From Raillietiella orientalis (lineage: Eukaryota), in assembly GCA_036172245.1 (NCBI GenBank), contig JAYWIR010000007.1:2294001-2358000 (forward strand): a stretch of DNA of 64,000 bases, given 5' to 3'. How positions within the stretch are numbered: position 1 is the first letter of the stretch; each line of letters begins with the position of its first letter. Below are positions 1 through 12,110 of the stretch, piece after piece. The position numbers were made by a program, and so were the translations under genes. The notes under the pieces are model-generated. The model saw only the letters and a list, made by a program, of their open reading frames with translations, was not told where the DNA came from and did not search any database.

Positions 1-1646
1 TGGCAGCAGTTTTCATCTTGGTTGCAGGAATGGCAGGGTGTGCACACATTTGCAAGTAGGTCCATCAGATCATAGAAGCAATCTTGAGACTTCTGTCAGG
101 TAATAATGAAGACTCATCTGATAGTGCAGAGGGAATATGTACTGTTGCACAGTTAGTAGGGCCTCATGGAATAGGAAAGACTGCTATTGTGCATGCTATA
201 GCTGAACTGCACGGGTATCATGTAAGTAGAAATTTTCTGTTTGCCATTTTAGGATTACTGGTTCCCTTTTAGGTATTGGAAATGAATGCTGGAATGTGCC
301 GTTCAGGAAAATCTATTCAGCAGCACTTTAGAGAAATTACGCGAGTATGTGGATTGCATACAGACCTTAAGACATTTTTGTCACAGGCAGCAACTGAGGA
401 TAAGATGCAAACAAATGTATCTACTCGTCTCTTGGTTTTGTTTGATGAGGTGAGTGTGCTTATTTGCCACATTACTTACCTGTTCATAGGCGGATATCAT
501 TTTCGATCATTATGATGAGGGATTCTGGCATGCAGTCAATGTTATGGCTTCTACTTCTCATTGTCCTATTGTCCTCACCAGCAACCATTATTGTCAACTA
601 AAGCAGCCTCAGCATGTGATCCAGCTGCAACCATTAGACATCAATTTTACTGGTAGGTCCTGCAGCAAGCCTTTAAATGTTTAGCTTAAGTTGCTTAGCT
701 TGTTATTTGCTCGTAATTGCATCTTTGGAGGGTGTGAGCTTATCTTGGCAAGAAGCTTGCATATTAGTATCAGTGTGTCAGTGTGACTTGCGTCATGCTA
801 TTTTGATGCTTCAGCTGTGGATGAAAGGATGTCCCCAAGAGGTACATTATGAACAGAAAGTTTAGTGGGTTTTATTCTCTTTATTAAGGGCAGTGATGCA
901 TCCTTGATAGAATTTTTGCTTCTGGCTGAAGGATTCCTTTGCTCAAAAGCTTCCAAGGTAGAATCAAGTGTTCAAGATAAATTTTTATTCATTTGTAGGC
1001 AGTTATTCAGAGCAATAATGTTGCACTACCTTCTTCAAAGGATCTGCATTTTGTTGCGTTATTGCATGCTAATCTGGAAAGACTCTCCTTACCTACACTG
1101 CATGTGCCTTCTAGTCCTCAGTCACAAACTAAGAATGATAAACATCAATTAAAAGCAATTGCTGGAGAAAGAAATTCACTTCAAGGCGAATTATGCTGCA
1201 TGGCTTTAATGTTGGATTCATTTTCGATTTCTGATTTGAATTCCAATAGTTATCGAACATGCAGCTGGGACTTTTCTGAATATTATGCCATCTTAGGCTG
1301 CAGTGTTGGGCTGCACAAGTTTGGCATAACTTCATTCTGTCATAAAACTGGTTTTCACCATGCTAGTCCAGCTGCAAATTGGTAAGTCTGTAGTGTTACC
1401 AGTATTAACTTATGTAAATCTTTTAGTGCACAGTCTTGGTTGGCCTCTTTGAAGGAAGGCCAAGATGTCATTCATTGTGATTACATGCCTTACATACGGC
1501 AAATGCATCGAGCAGAAGTCCATCGTGCTTTATTGAATGATAGACATACTAAGCGCTTTTGTCATTATCTTTATGACAAAGGCATAGTCTTGGATGCTGA
1601 AAAAGCTGGATTGCTTTATTCTACTTTTTCATCCAAAGAGAGTTAA
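1..1646 (+). CDS. ATAD5: ATAD5/Elg1 RFC-like PCNA unloader, 3' portion (5' end lies outside the window)
   Basis: Exons 1-55, 100-221, 273-449, 490-652, 699-841, 889-957, 999-1381 and 1427-1646 join in frame via GT-AG introns of 40-51 nt. Walker A GPHGIGKT, VLEMNA, the Elg1-type LVLFDEADIIF...DEGFW...PIVLTSN segment, CDLR sensor, and C-terminal DYMPYIRQM...RFCHYL typical of ATAD5. Confidence 0.88.
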
Positions 1647-2000
1647 TGTTGAGTGCTGTTGTTAAACAAAAGAACACTGAATTGATGTAATCACAAAGAT
1701 ACTCCAAAGCCTGGGAATCTTCCTAAAATAAAATCTGGTTCTATCCATGTGAAGCTGAATACAAGCCAGTTATTATGCAATTATGTAATTGTCACAGACA
1801 TATGAACTGTGGAATCAAGAATAAAAAGAAGATAGTAAAGCAACAGTTTTTTGGAAATTTCACAGCGTATTTAAAAATCTGCTTCGATATTTATCTAACA
1901 TCTGGTAATAAAAATGCCAGTGCATATGGATTCATTTCTCATGAAAACCATATTTTATGAGGACAATTTTTATGCTCAGTGTAATTAAGTTCCAGCTGGC

Positions 2001-2572
2001 TTATCCACTTGCCAGTTTAGCAAAAAATTTATCAACTTTATCTTCATCCTGTACTCCTACAAAACGATCTGCTACCTTACCATCTTTTATGGCAATCACT
2101 GATGGTACAGATGCAACCTAACTTGGCAAGTTTTAGTGATTTACCAATTTTCCTTGCTATCTAACCTCATAATTCATGGCCACATCAGGAAGTTTATCAA
2201 TATCTACTTTTGCAACTGAAATCTTTCCAGCATATCTCTCAGCAGCTTTCTCTATTCTGGGGTCCAACAACTTGCATGGATTACACCACCTTCACCATTA
2301 AAAGAAAAAATCATATGCTTTTGTGAGTATCCTGACTTTCAAAAATGTTTGAGTTCAGCATCACATTTGCAAACTTACGTGGCATGGAAATCTATGATCA
2401 CTGGCACATTACTTTTGATTACTCTTGCTTCAAAATCTTCTTCATCCTGTACATGAAAAGTATCTTGCAAAATGCGACTCATATGCAGGGTTTTTGAAAA
2501 CCGAGGTGCTATTAAATGCATCATGTAATTTCTGTTGCATAGACACCATTTCCATGGTGCAACAAAATTCAT
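2001..2572 (-). CDS. TXN2: Mitochondrial thioredoxin (about 144 aa)
   Basis: Exons 2572-2379, 2289-2166 and 2117-2001. Basic N-terminal presequence-like region, TFHVQDEEDF...PVIIDFHAT-WCNPCK active site, VAKVDID, YEVASVPSV, FVGVQDEDKV. Confidence 0.92.
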
Positions 2573-4758
2573 TTTGTATTCACAACTTTTAGTTTCACAA
2601 GGTCTGTTTGAATAACCTCAATATAATTCACTAGTTGGCCAAGAACCTTAATTTACTTTTGGTGGCAATTCAAGCACTGATGAAATATTGGCCTATTAAA
2701 TCATTCTGTAATGAAATCAGTGTTATACACACGGCACAAATTAATTTAAACTTTTCGAATTTAACTGATACAATAATGTTATTCAGAAAGGCTTTGTAAC
2801 CCAACATCCTTGAAATGGGCACCTACAACTACAGTTTTCAAATTCACTACATAACTATCCAAATTATACCCTACGATATTCGTAAACACAAGATTATTTA
2901 AAAATTACTGAAAAGATTGCACCATAAAGTTTCACTTCAATTTTTGTAAAGGAACAGAAACGGCAATAACCTGAAGAATAAGTTCATCAATTTAAAAGTC
3001 AGTAATTGAACAACTGAGCTAATTTTCCCCTAATCATTCCATTTGGTGACTTGCATCGATTTCACCAATGAGTACCCGCCGTTCAACTGCAATCTGTACA
3101 GACACCGTTCCGACATAAACTCTTGAAGTACCGTGCAAAGAATTTTCGAACTTTTCGTTATCGTAGGATTTTAATGAACCACGAAAATTAATTTTGGAAG
3201 TCAATTTTCATTTTTAGAACTGATCAATATCTTTATCTCACTTTGCAAATTTCATGTATACCTCTGAAGAAAAATTACATCCTATTTTTATTTTATTACA
3301 ACCATACACCATCAAAGTTGAAACAGCTAAGTATACGAATACATGAATTAATAATACCTTTTTTTTTTTAATGCTTTTCGAACCTTCAATCTTGATTTTT
3401 CTGTCGTATACTTTTAGAAATCTGTGCTCACGGAATTTCTTAGACCATCTTTGGAAAACAAACCATTTTCAATTGCTCTCCAAATGCTTTCAAAATTTGT
3501 CGTAAATGCCGTGAAAATTACTCGAAAATTTTCTTCCTTTCTACGTAATATTACCCGAATGAATTATTAGCATGTATTTCGCCTGAAGAATACATATCAT
3601 TACATCATTTGTAAGCTAGTATTGCAATCTAAAGATGAAGGAGGAAACAGATCTAGAGAGAAATCTAGAGAAAGAAAAAGTACTAAATAAAAAGCATAGG
3701 AAGTACATGGGAAGTAACCAATATCTCTAAAAAGACAACTGAAATGCATTGAAGAGACTTTGAAAGAAATTTTCACTTCTAATAAAATTAATTTATAGTT
3801 ATTGACCAACGTTTGATAAATAAAAAGGAAAGCAAGAAATATTTCCTCCTAATAAAATGCATTACGAAAAATTCGAGATTTCTGGTAAGTACTGACAATT
3901 GGAGGCGTTTAAATTTCACAGCACATCCTAGGTATAGTTAGTTTTCAGCTGCTAATTTTAACATCCCTCACCAAAAACTTAATCTAGTCGTGACTTAGTA
4001 GCATACTGCATTCATATGACATTTGACCAAATAATACTTGAATTACATCAATTCCTCTCTCGATCTCATTTTGCAAAGTTTCCCTAAAAGTGTCTTCTAT
4101 AACCATCGAAAATTGGAATTCCTTTAAATAGAGGAATAAACATGATATAAGAAAACAAATCTTCAAAAATGATTCAGTTTCGAAAGTGAATAGTGTATAG
4201 AAATGCTTCTCTGTGATCACAAATGTCGATGTGATCAAAGTCCGCAGAGATTATTTCCCAAACTGTAAGTACCATAAGCTAGTAGCAATGAGAAAAGCTT
4301 TCCAATTAAATTTTCAGACCAGCCAAAAAATTATAAAGGCAAAAATTCACTACTGTTGCTGTTGCTTTTTTCTATCATATGAATGTATGCTGATATATTG
4401 TGTTGCTTACTCTGAAAAAAGTAAAATAATTCCCTGAAGAATGCTTGGGATTTTATCTTGATGTGTCCCAAGTTCCATCAGACAGGTTAATTTAAAGTCA
4501 ATTACCATATTTTTCGGAAAAAAAATGAGAAATTGTGATTGGCTTTGATTCATGGATATGTATACGATCTATGAAATCAAATAAGAAGGCAGCATTTTAT
4601 AAAATGCTTTCTTAGACATTTATATTGCACATTTGACGCTGATATGGAACCGGATATGGTATTTATTCTTGTCTTCAGCAAATATAAGATAATCAATCTA
4701 TTTGTATATGGGATGCTAGGAATGTCTTCAAACCTGCGATGTTTCGAGTGTTCAAATA

Positions 4759-4880
4759 TTATGGATCCTTATGGATATTATTATGGATATTATGGATCCT
4801 TTTCCTTATGGATCGAAATGCCAAAATAAAGTACATGCCTGCATTATTCATGAGCATAAATCCATAAGAGCATTATGGAT
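4759..4880. repeat. Irregular cluster of TTATGGAT octamers
   Basis: Direct copies at 4759, 4769, 4781, 4790, 4806 and 4873, and one inverted copy at 4860. Confidence 0.85.
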
Positions 4881-5821
4881 ACCTGCATGAGATATTTGCA
4901 TATATTTGCTCCGCATGTTACTTATCCCACAAGGCATGCAGAAAAAGATTGATGTATGCTTGACTTTGTTCTTTGGAAGTTATCAGAAGAAATGATTACA
5001 TTTTCCGCACTTGTACGGGTAGTCAACGCTGGGAAGCTGAAGATGATACAAGGGCGTTTGTGTTTTCTTTATTAAATCTCCAAAATGCTACCTTATTAGA
5101 TGTTTATTTCACTATGGTACTGTGAAGGAAGAGGGATTTATGAAATATATGCATCTTGTAACAACTTGTTGCATCGTTTGTAGTGATAAACTTTTGTACA
5201 AGGATTAATTGCATTTGAAATAATATGAAATCACTGTTAGAGGACATGCATTGCATAAGAACTAGTAACAAACAATTTACTGAGAATACATATTAAATAA
5301 ATATATTTAAGTTGTTATTATACACTTGTTTCGTCGGTATAGTTTTTGTTCAAAAGACTAGTGCTATAAACCTCATTAGTAATCCAACGAAGAGATATTA
5401 GAGTGATATGGGATATATTCCATTCACGGTGTTGATACTAAAGTTTCCAGAAAGATCATTTTCGTCATTCGTTTATTATTCGATCACACGCTATAGCATT
5501 CATTAAACGATGTTGAACTATTTACATAAAATTATGGAATGTTTTGATTTTTTTATTTTTATTTTAGTAGAATTTCCTCTTTGAAATAATCTCAAAATAA
5601 GTTCTACATTGTTTTTTATTTTTCAAGGTAAATTGTATCTATGAAGAGAAGATGCAAATTATTATGAAGGCAGTTTAGAAGGAAGGAATACAAAGAATGA
5701 TTTTTCTGTAATGAATTAATTTTGTTTACTGCTTGCATTTGTTAAGTTTACTAATGTAATTTTGGCTTGCCGTATTTATTTCTCATTTTTAAAAAACTTC
5801 AAATATTTGTGAAGTGTATGA

Positions 5822-5868
5822 TGATGTGGATTCAGATATTTGAAAATCAAATACCTGAATCCACATCA
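5822..5868. repeat. 22-bp inverted repeat (1 mismatch, 3-nt loop)
   Basis: TGATGTGGATTCAGATATTTGA (5822-5843) and TCAAATACCTGAATCCACATCA (5847-5868). Confidence 0.9.
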
Positions 5869-7130
5869 GTCGTTGTGTTCGTTGAAACTTGTTCATTTTT
5901 AACAGCATGCATCAAAGAATTAGGACGCTAGAATTTTTCCATGAATGTTTGTGTTGGAAATTCAAGATTAAATGTATATGTTTATAGAGGTACAAACATT
6001 ACTTTCTTTTGTATCTGTATCTGTACCTTATGTGTTAGTAATAACTTTCCAAGCGGATTATTTTTTGTCCTTTTCTTTGTACTTTGTATTGTTTGCTAGA
6101 TATTTTGGAAGAGTGAGTTTCCAGTTTTTTCATTGCACATGTGATACTTGGTATTCCTGAATTTTTATTCTCATTGAGCAATGTAATGTTGGAAGTTGAA
6201 GTGGTGGTATTTCAAGTTATTAGGTAAAGCTAAAGATGTTTCGATTTTCTGTGTAAGTGACGCGCATCACAGCGCCATCTAATCATTAAAATGAGGTAAA
6301 TGTCACTAATTGTACTATTCTCTTTTGAAATAATAAGTATCGTAACTAAATTGTGTTTAAATTGCCTGTTTTCTTAAGAGGGTTTGTGATCCCCTGCATC
6401 TTCCAAAGTGTTGGAAACGGCAATGTGTTCTCTTCCAGCCTTGTGTTTACGTTTTCTTTGTAGTTAAAATAGAATGAAATTCATGATTTGTAATGATTTA
6501 TGGTTGGAATGAACGGGTAAATACTAGAGTCCAAGAGTGCTTGCGTGGCTGCATGTTATATTTGCGTTTATCAACAGTTGTATTTCTTAATGGCGTATAT
6601 CCCAAATTTTGGCAACGTGAATGCCTCGGCTATTGTTTTCATTTTGATTTGTTCTGTGTATTTTTCCATTCAGGAAACTTTTCCTTTGGTTAATGTCGAC
6701 GAAATAAGGCATTTCGAAATTCTTTCTCCCGGTAAGCAGTGTTCGAAAATAAAGGGCATTTATTATTATTGAATGCTCAATACGGTGCGTTTCGTAGCCA
6801 AAGGGTACCTCCTTCTAGGTGTACATACACGAATCTAGTTAATGCTGTTATGTTATAATTGGTTTTCGCGTAATTTCCTCCTTGAAGTTTTTCAGAGATT
6901 AGAACAACATCGTCAGCAGCAGGATTTCGAACTGTAGCCTGTTAATGAAAGTAATGTTTTAAAAGATAAAAATTCGTTCATTTATGGGTGATCTGATACA
7001 ATATTTTTGATTTCAAGTTGCATATTGTTTTGAACTTTGGCGTACTTTTATGCATTGAAGTAGCAGATGATAATTGGAAGTAGTGATAGTAAGTAATAAT
7101 AATAACCTGATGTTTATCTAGGTTTTCAAC

Positions 7131-7250
7131 ATGGACCCCCGTGTTTGGGATTATTTGCAATATAATTGGAGTACAGTGCAAAATACATGGCTACCTACAT
7201 GGATTTGGCCCCATCTTGTATGGGGGAGGAGGAGCATTTGGATAATCTAA
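7131..7250 (+). promoter_or_regulatory. Out-of-frame uORF (39 aa) overlapping the ATF4 start codon
   Basis: ATG 7131 (caacATGg, good context) to TAA 7248-7250. It overlaps ATF4 ATG 7187 in a different frame, the canonical ATF4 inhibitory uORF layout. Confidence 0.7.
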
Positions 7251-7799
7251 GCTTTGGGGATTTGGATGACTTTTGGACAGGTCTGTTATTAATTTTTAGA
7301 GGGTTCTTATTGTGCTTCAGGTGATAATGCATTTGCGATGGCTGTAGATACTGTGGATTTGTTAGCTTTGGATTCTACTCTATTTTCTACAAAGGAGATA
7401 CACTCTAATTCCTTAACTGATTACTTATTTCATGAAGATAACTTTGAGCATGCAGATGATTCTTATGGCGCTGATTCTTTACCAATCAGTATTCAAGATG
7501 AAATTTTGTTGTCCAGTGCTTCACTTCCTGAGGAGAACAAGGTGTCCAGTGCCCAATCTACCAAAAAAAGACAAGTGGCATTAGATCGGCATCTGCGTAA
7601 GAAAGAACAAAACCGAGCTGCAGCACTTAGGTATCGGCAGAAAAAACGAGCTGATCACCAAGACCAAAAATTGCAAATTGAGGAATTGGAAGCAAGAAAT
7701 AGCAAGCTAAGGAAGCAGCTGGATGACTTACATCAGCAATTCACTTTTCTGAAGTGCCTGTTCAGGGATACCCTCCATGCTCAGGGCGTTTTAGTATAG
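7187..7799 (+). CDS. ATF4: ATF4/cryptocephal-like bZIP transcription factor (about 190 aa)
   Basis: Exons 7187-7280 and 7321-7799 (40-nt intron, phase 1, in frame). Acidic N-terminus; bZIP RKKEQNRAAALRYRQKKRA...LEARNSKLRKQLDDL..QFTFLKCLFRD matches the ATF4/ATF5 basic region; overlapping uORF upstream. Confidence 0.88.
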
Positions 7800-7923
7800 A
7801 TTTTTTTAAACACACTGTTGTCTTTTGACATTTATGTATATCAGTGGAAGCTAGTAAAGCTGAGACCACTGTAATAGGATACATGAACACACTTATTTGT
7901 TTCTCAGATCCAAACACCTCAAC

Positions 7924-8412
7924 ATGGCTAGCCAGTCCCAAGGAGTTCAGCAGTTATTGGCAGCAGAAAAAAGAGCAGCAGAAAAAGTAGCTGAAGCACG
8001 CAAACGTAACCTACAGAAGTGATGGGTGGGGTAACAAATTTTTAAGCATAAGCTGTATAGGTAAAGCCAGACGATTGAAACAGGCTAAGGAAGAAGCACA
8101 AGCAGAGATCGAAAAGTATCGCCAAGAGAGGGAAATTCAGTTCAAAGAATATGAGTCTCAGGTTTGTGCTAATGTGCTCAGTTTGGATAAATGTGCGTGT
8201 TTAGCACATGGGATCCAGAGATGATATTGCATCAAAAATTGAGAGTGAAACTCAACAAAAAATTAGTAACATCAACAAAACTGTTCAGCAAAATAAGAAT
8301 GAGGTATGAGCACGACACATTATAAAAAGAGTTTTTGTTTTCTCAGGTAATCAGCTATTTAGTGGACCTTGTTTGTGATATTAAGCTAGAGCTGCATAAA
8401 AATGTTCGTTAG
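7924..8412 (+). CDS. ATP6V1G: V-type proton ATPase subunit G (about 115 aa)
   Basis: Exons 7924-8005, 8061-8161, 8205-8303 and 8347-8412 give [52 protein letters not shown]...[12 protein letters not shown]. Missing from the ORF track because every exon is short. Confidence 0.97.
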
Positions 8413-9474
8413 TTTAGATTCTTAGTGCTAGTCTAGTCAGATAAGCTGTAGATGTTGGAATCTTAATAAGCTGGGTTAACTGTTGGAAATACATCAGTTC
8501 GTATGCAATTTTTAAATATATAAATTGATTACTTCAAGAAAATTTCATGATTTTGACAAATCAGTTAGCGTAGGTTAGACGAAAATGGTATTCAGTCATA
8601 CCTATAGGTATCTGTGTATGTTTCACATGAAGTGTATGTATAGAATGCCCCTCAGCCTTCATCAAAATAAAGGTTTTCCAAAAATACTGCGACAGATTTG
8701 CACCATTATGTAATAAACTTGGTAATTGTATAGTCATTTGGTTGCGTTTTTCTTTTCTTCGCCCGAAATTCATGGAAGTATCATTAGTTTGATGCATTAC
8801 TAGCGATAGAAGAGTTGACACTGTATGATACGAAACACTGTGTGCGTTTCCCCTCGGTCGTGTCCATTTGCATGGCCGGACGGTGTTCGTATGCTCACTG
8901 ATATAATTCACGTGATATTACCGTGTATCTCATGAGGTAATTTTTGACGTGCTAATGGAAATTCCAGGTCAGCAATCAGTGACGTGAAAATCGAAAAATA
9001 GCCCTCTCTTTGATCAATACCGTATGAAGGTAAAGCACGTGAGTGTTGTCAATGTAGGTGTAGACAGACGACAACCTTTGGGTAATGCCTGAGGGGAGCA
9101 AGCTGTGGGGCTTTCCGAGCCGACAATTTAAGATCCAGTAATGGTAGCTAATTTGGTATCACGCGTTTGTGTGTTTTCTCATTTTGGTTCTGTGTGCATT
9201 CTCTCATCAGTGAGGATTTTCTCCGAAAGTTAGGGGTAAGTTTGAAAGTTGCAACTTTGAGAGCATCGGCGGCGCGGTCACTGTCGATGAATGCCCGTGC
9301 CGTCATAAGAGGAAGTTATCGTGCGTTTGGACGTGAGGACCACACATTCTGCACAGAAAAGAAAATGGGTTGCGTGGTTTCCGGCGCAAAGTGAGAAGGT
9401 CGTGGTCGCATCTGCCGAGCAAAGTGGAGAAGGTTTCCAAGAAGGAGTCCAGGGGAAGAGACGTGCCTGCTCAG

Positions 9475-12110
9475 TTTCTGGAGGAGGAGTTTCAAGAGAT
9501 CAACCAAGTGCTTAGTACGCCAAGTTTGGCAGCAGCGGGGTACACATCCAGCAGCAATCTAGAGACAACTTGGCAAGGTGTTCAATCAATCGTATTCGAT
9601 GAGCATTGGTGCCAGAAAACCGCATAAAACTTATCCGAAGGATTATATGTGCAGTCTTCAAGATCAGAGGAACCTGGAAGAAATCGCATTCTGGCGTTCA
9701 TTGGGTTTCTTCTGTAATGTAAAAAAAAGAAGAAGAAGAAGAAAAAAAAAAAAACGGGTGGAGTATTTCAATTTCAAGATTGCAAATGTTTTTTTTCCCT
9801 TGGTGATGGACGGGTAGTCGGTGAAGAGCCGAGCCCTTCCATTCACCGCAAATCAGTGCTTTGTGGCGTTGCCGGTCGGGAAGTGAAGAAGAAGGGAAAA
9901 GCCTTCCGAATGCGACCCGCGCCATGGAGAGAATTGCGTGGTTTGACCTGAAGCTTTTTGGACAAAAATCTTGTGGATGACCAATCGTTATGTGCGTTGC
10001 ATTAAAGTTCCTTGGAAGAGGCTGCGGTCTGTTCTGCCACCTTTTTTGAGTGCCGATGCAGAAGGCGCACTTTGAGAAAATTCCCTTTTTGACTTGAAGG
10101 TAATCCCATCGTAAGTACAGGAGGGCGTTCCGCAAACTGGGACGTCTCAGAATTACATTTGATCCACCAGCCGAAAAAGATTGAAAATACAGCTGGCAAA
10201 TTTTATTCCTTGCCTCAGTGTTTGCGTGCTCAGATCGTTGATTACGAAGTTTCAGATCATCGTCTTCACAACTTTTTTTTTTTTTTTTATTTGGAAGGGA
10301 GGGGGGGGGGAGGCAACTCGTGAATGCTTTCGCATCATCATTAACTTTTTTCCCAGTCGGTGAAAAGTGCAGGTAGTTCGGAACACCGAAAAGCGAGCGG
10401 GGAGGGTTTCCTCACGTTTCTGCAGGTTGGAAACCGTTGTCAGGCCCTTTTTTCGCCAGTCCGTTTTCTCTTACAGGAGCACTCCTGATTCTGTGTCAAG
10501 CGGTTTATGACTCTCTTTTCGTGTATCATTGGTGTGGTGTGCAGTATGCATATCGCACTGCACTCTTGCGACACGGTAGGTTCCCTCGTCTTGCGTTTTC
10601 CAGATTGATTTTCCATGTGTACATTGCACCCGTGCCCAGCCCCTTTCATCAGTATCATCTTGATAGTGCTGCATCTTGCGAATTTGGGTATCTTTCTAAA
10701 GTCCGGCACACGTTTATCTCGTTTTGCACGTATGGACGCAACCTCCTCTTTTCGAGCCACCCGCCGAAAAGGTATCACCAGACTCTGTGGACAGATCATT
10801 ATCTGCATTTTATGAATCCAGCACGGATTCGTTTTTTCTTTTTTCTTTTTTTCTTTTTCCAAGTAGAAGCAAGCACTGCCAGTGCAGCTCCTTCCGATCT
10901 CAGCCAACCGTGGAACACCAGTGCGTTGTATGGTTAGCTGCAGTGTTTTGTGTTGAAGCAGCTTTCTAAAGCAGGATGACAAGCAGCAAGGCAGGTGGTT
11001 TGAGGTCGAGGAAAAGTTCTGAATAGTCAAACAGAAGTTTCTTTCGGATATCAACCCCCAAATCTACCATTAGGAGCAATCGACAACTCCTACAGACAAT
11101 AAAAAAAAAGTTTCGGAAAAGTTGGACGCTAATTTCGTGGTGGATGTCCACGGGAAACAGTTTCCTTACATGCAGTACGCGATTCCAAAAAAGTGACTGA
11201 ATTTTTAGAGTATAATCCTCAGCAATGTGCGTAGGAAACTCATGTGGGTGAACACTTCTGATCAAAGAATTGATGGCCCTCGAAAGCCGTACAAGACTTG
11301 CTAACACTTTTTTGACTGATGCTTTGCAATGCACCGCTACAGTTCAGAAAGGTTTTGTGATTGCAATTTGTTTTTAGATTTTCTTCTTTTTAAGCTGACG
11401 CCTATCACTTATGTGATTATTTTGTCATGCAGTCCACATTTGTACAGCGATTCATCTGAAATTGCGTTTCACCGTGCTTTTGCCCTTTGAGGCATAGAGA
11501 GATTTCAATTCTCGAAACTGGATTCGGACGCGAAGAAACAGGAGCGAGCAAGCGAACCTGCTTGCCCAGAAAAAAAAACTGAAGTGCAGCAACCTCACAG
11601 GAATACACACGTACACCGCGAAGCAGCTGTGGACCCAGCGCTATCAAAGACCTACGATCGGAGAGGAGGCAAAATAATGTCTCGAGAGGATGGCAAAACA
11701 CACACCTCGCTGAAATGGGGGGTCCCTAAGCGGCGGTTCGTTGCCTGTTGTACGGAACAGTGGGTTCAGGTTAATGCAAAGTTCTGCCACTCGTGTGAGA
11801 CAACGGTAAGCAATGGTATAATAAGTTTGGGTTTGATTCCATCTTGGCTGAAAGTGGTGGTGCTCTTGGGGACTTACACGACTCTTAGAGATTGCGTCCT
11901 GTAATTGCACTTGGGGGGCAGAAGAGCGTGTCTACTGCAGAATAATCGTTTCTGCGTTGTTGAGGGTCATGGAATATTCCGACTTACTGAAATTCAACTA
12001 CTTTACAGTGGTTTGAAGAAGATGCGAAAAGCAGCAAGAGTGCTGTTTCACAGAATGGAGGACAGGCAGTTGCTGGAATTGACGAAGGCACTCAGCCGTC
12101 ATCATATGCG
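9475..12110 (+). pseudogene. Candidate heavily decayed tandem-domain protein tyrosine phosphatase
   Basis: Motif-like fragments in PTP order but in different frames: FLEEEFQEIN (9475-9504), YPKDYM..Q..EEIAFWRSL (9632-9703), EGVPQTG (10121-10141), HVSAG (10413-10427), WGVPK (11716-11730), LKKMRK..LFHRMEDRQLL..KAL (about 12013-12093). Stops and indels lie between them. Judged by eye only. Confidence 0.35.
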
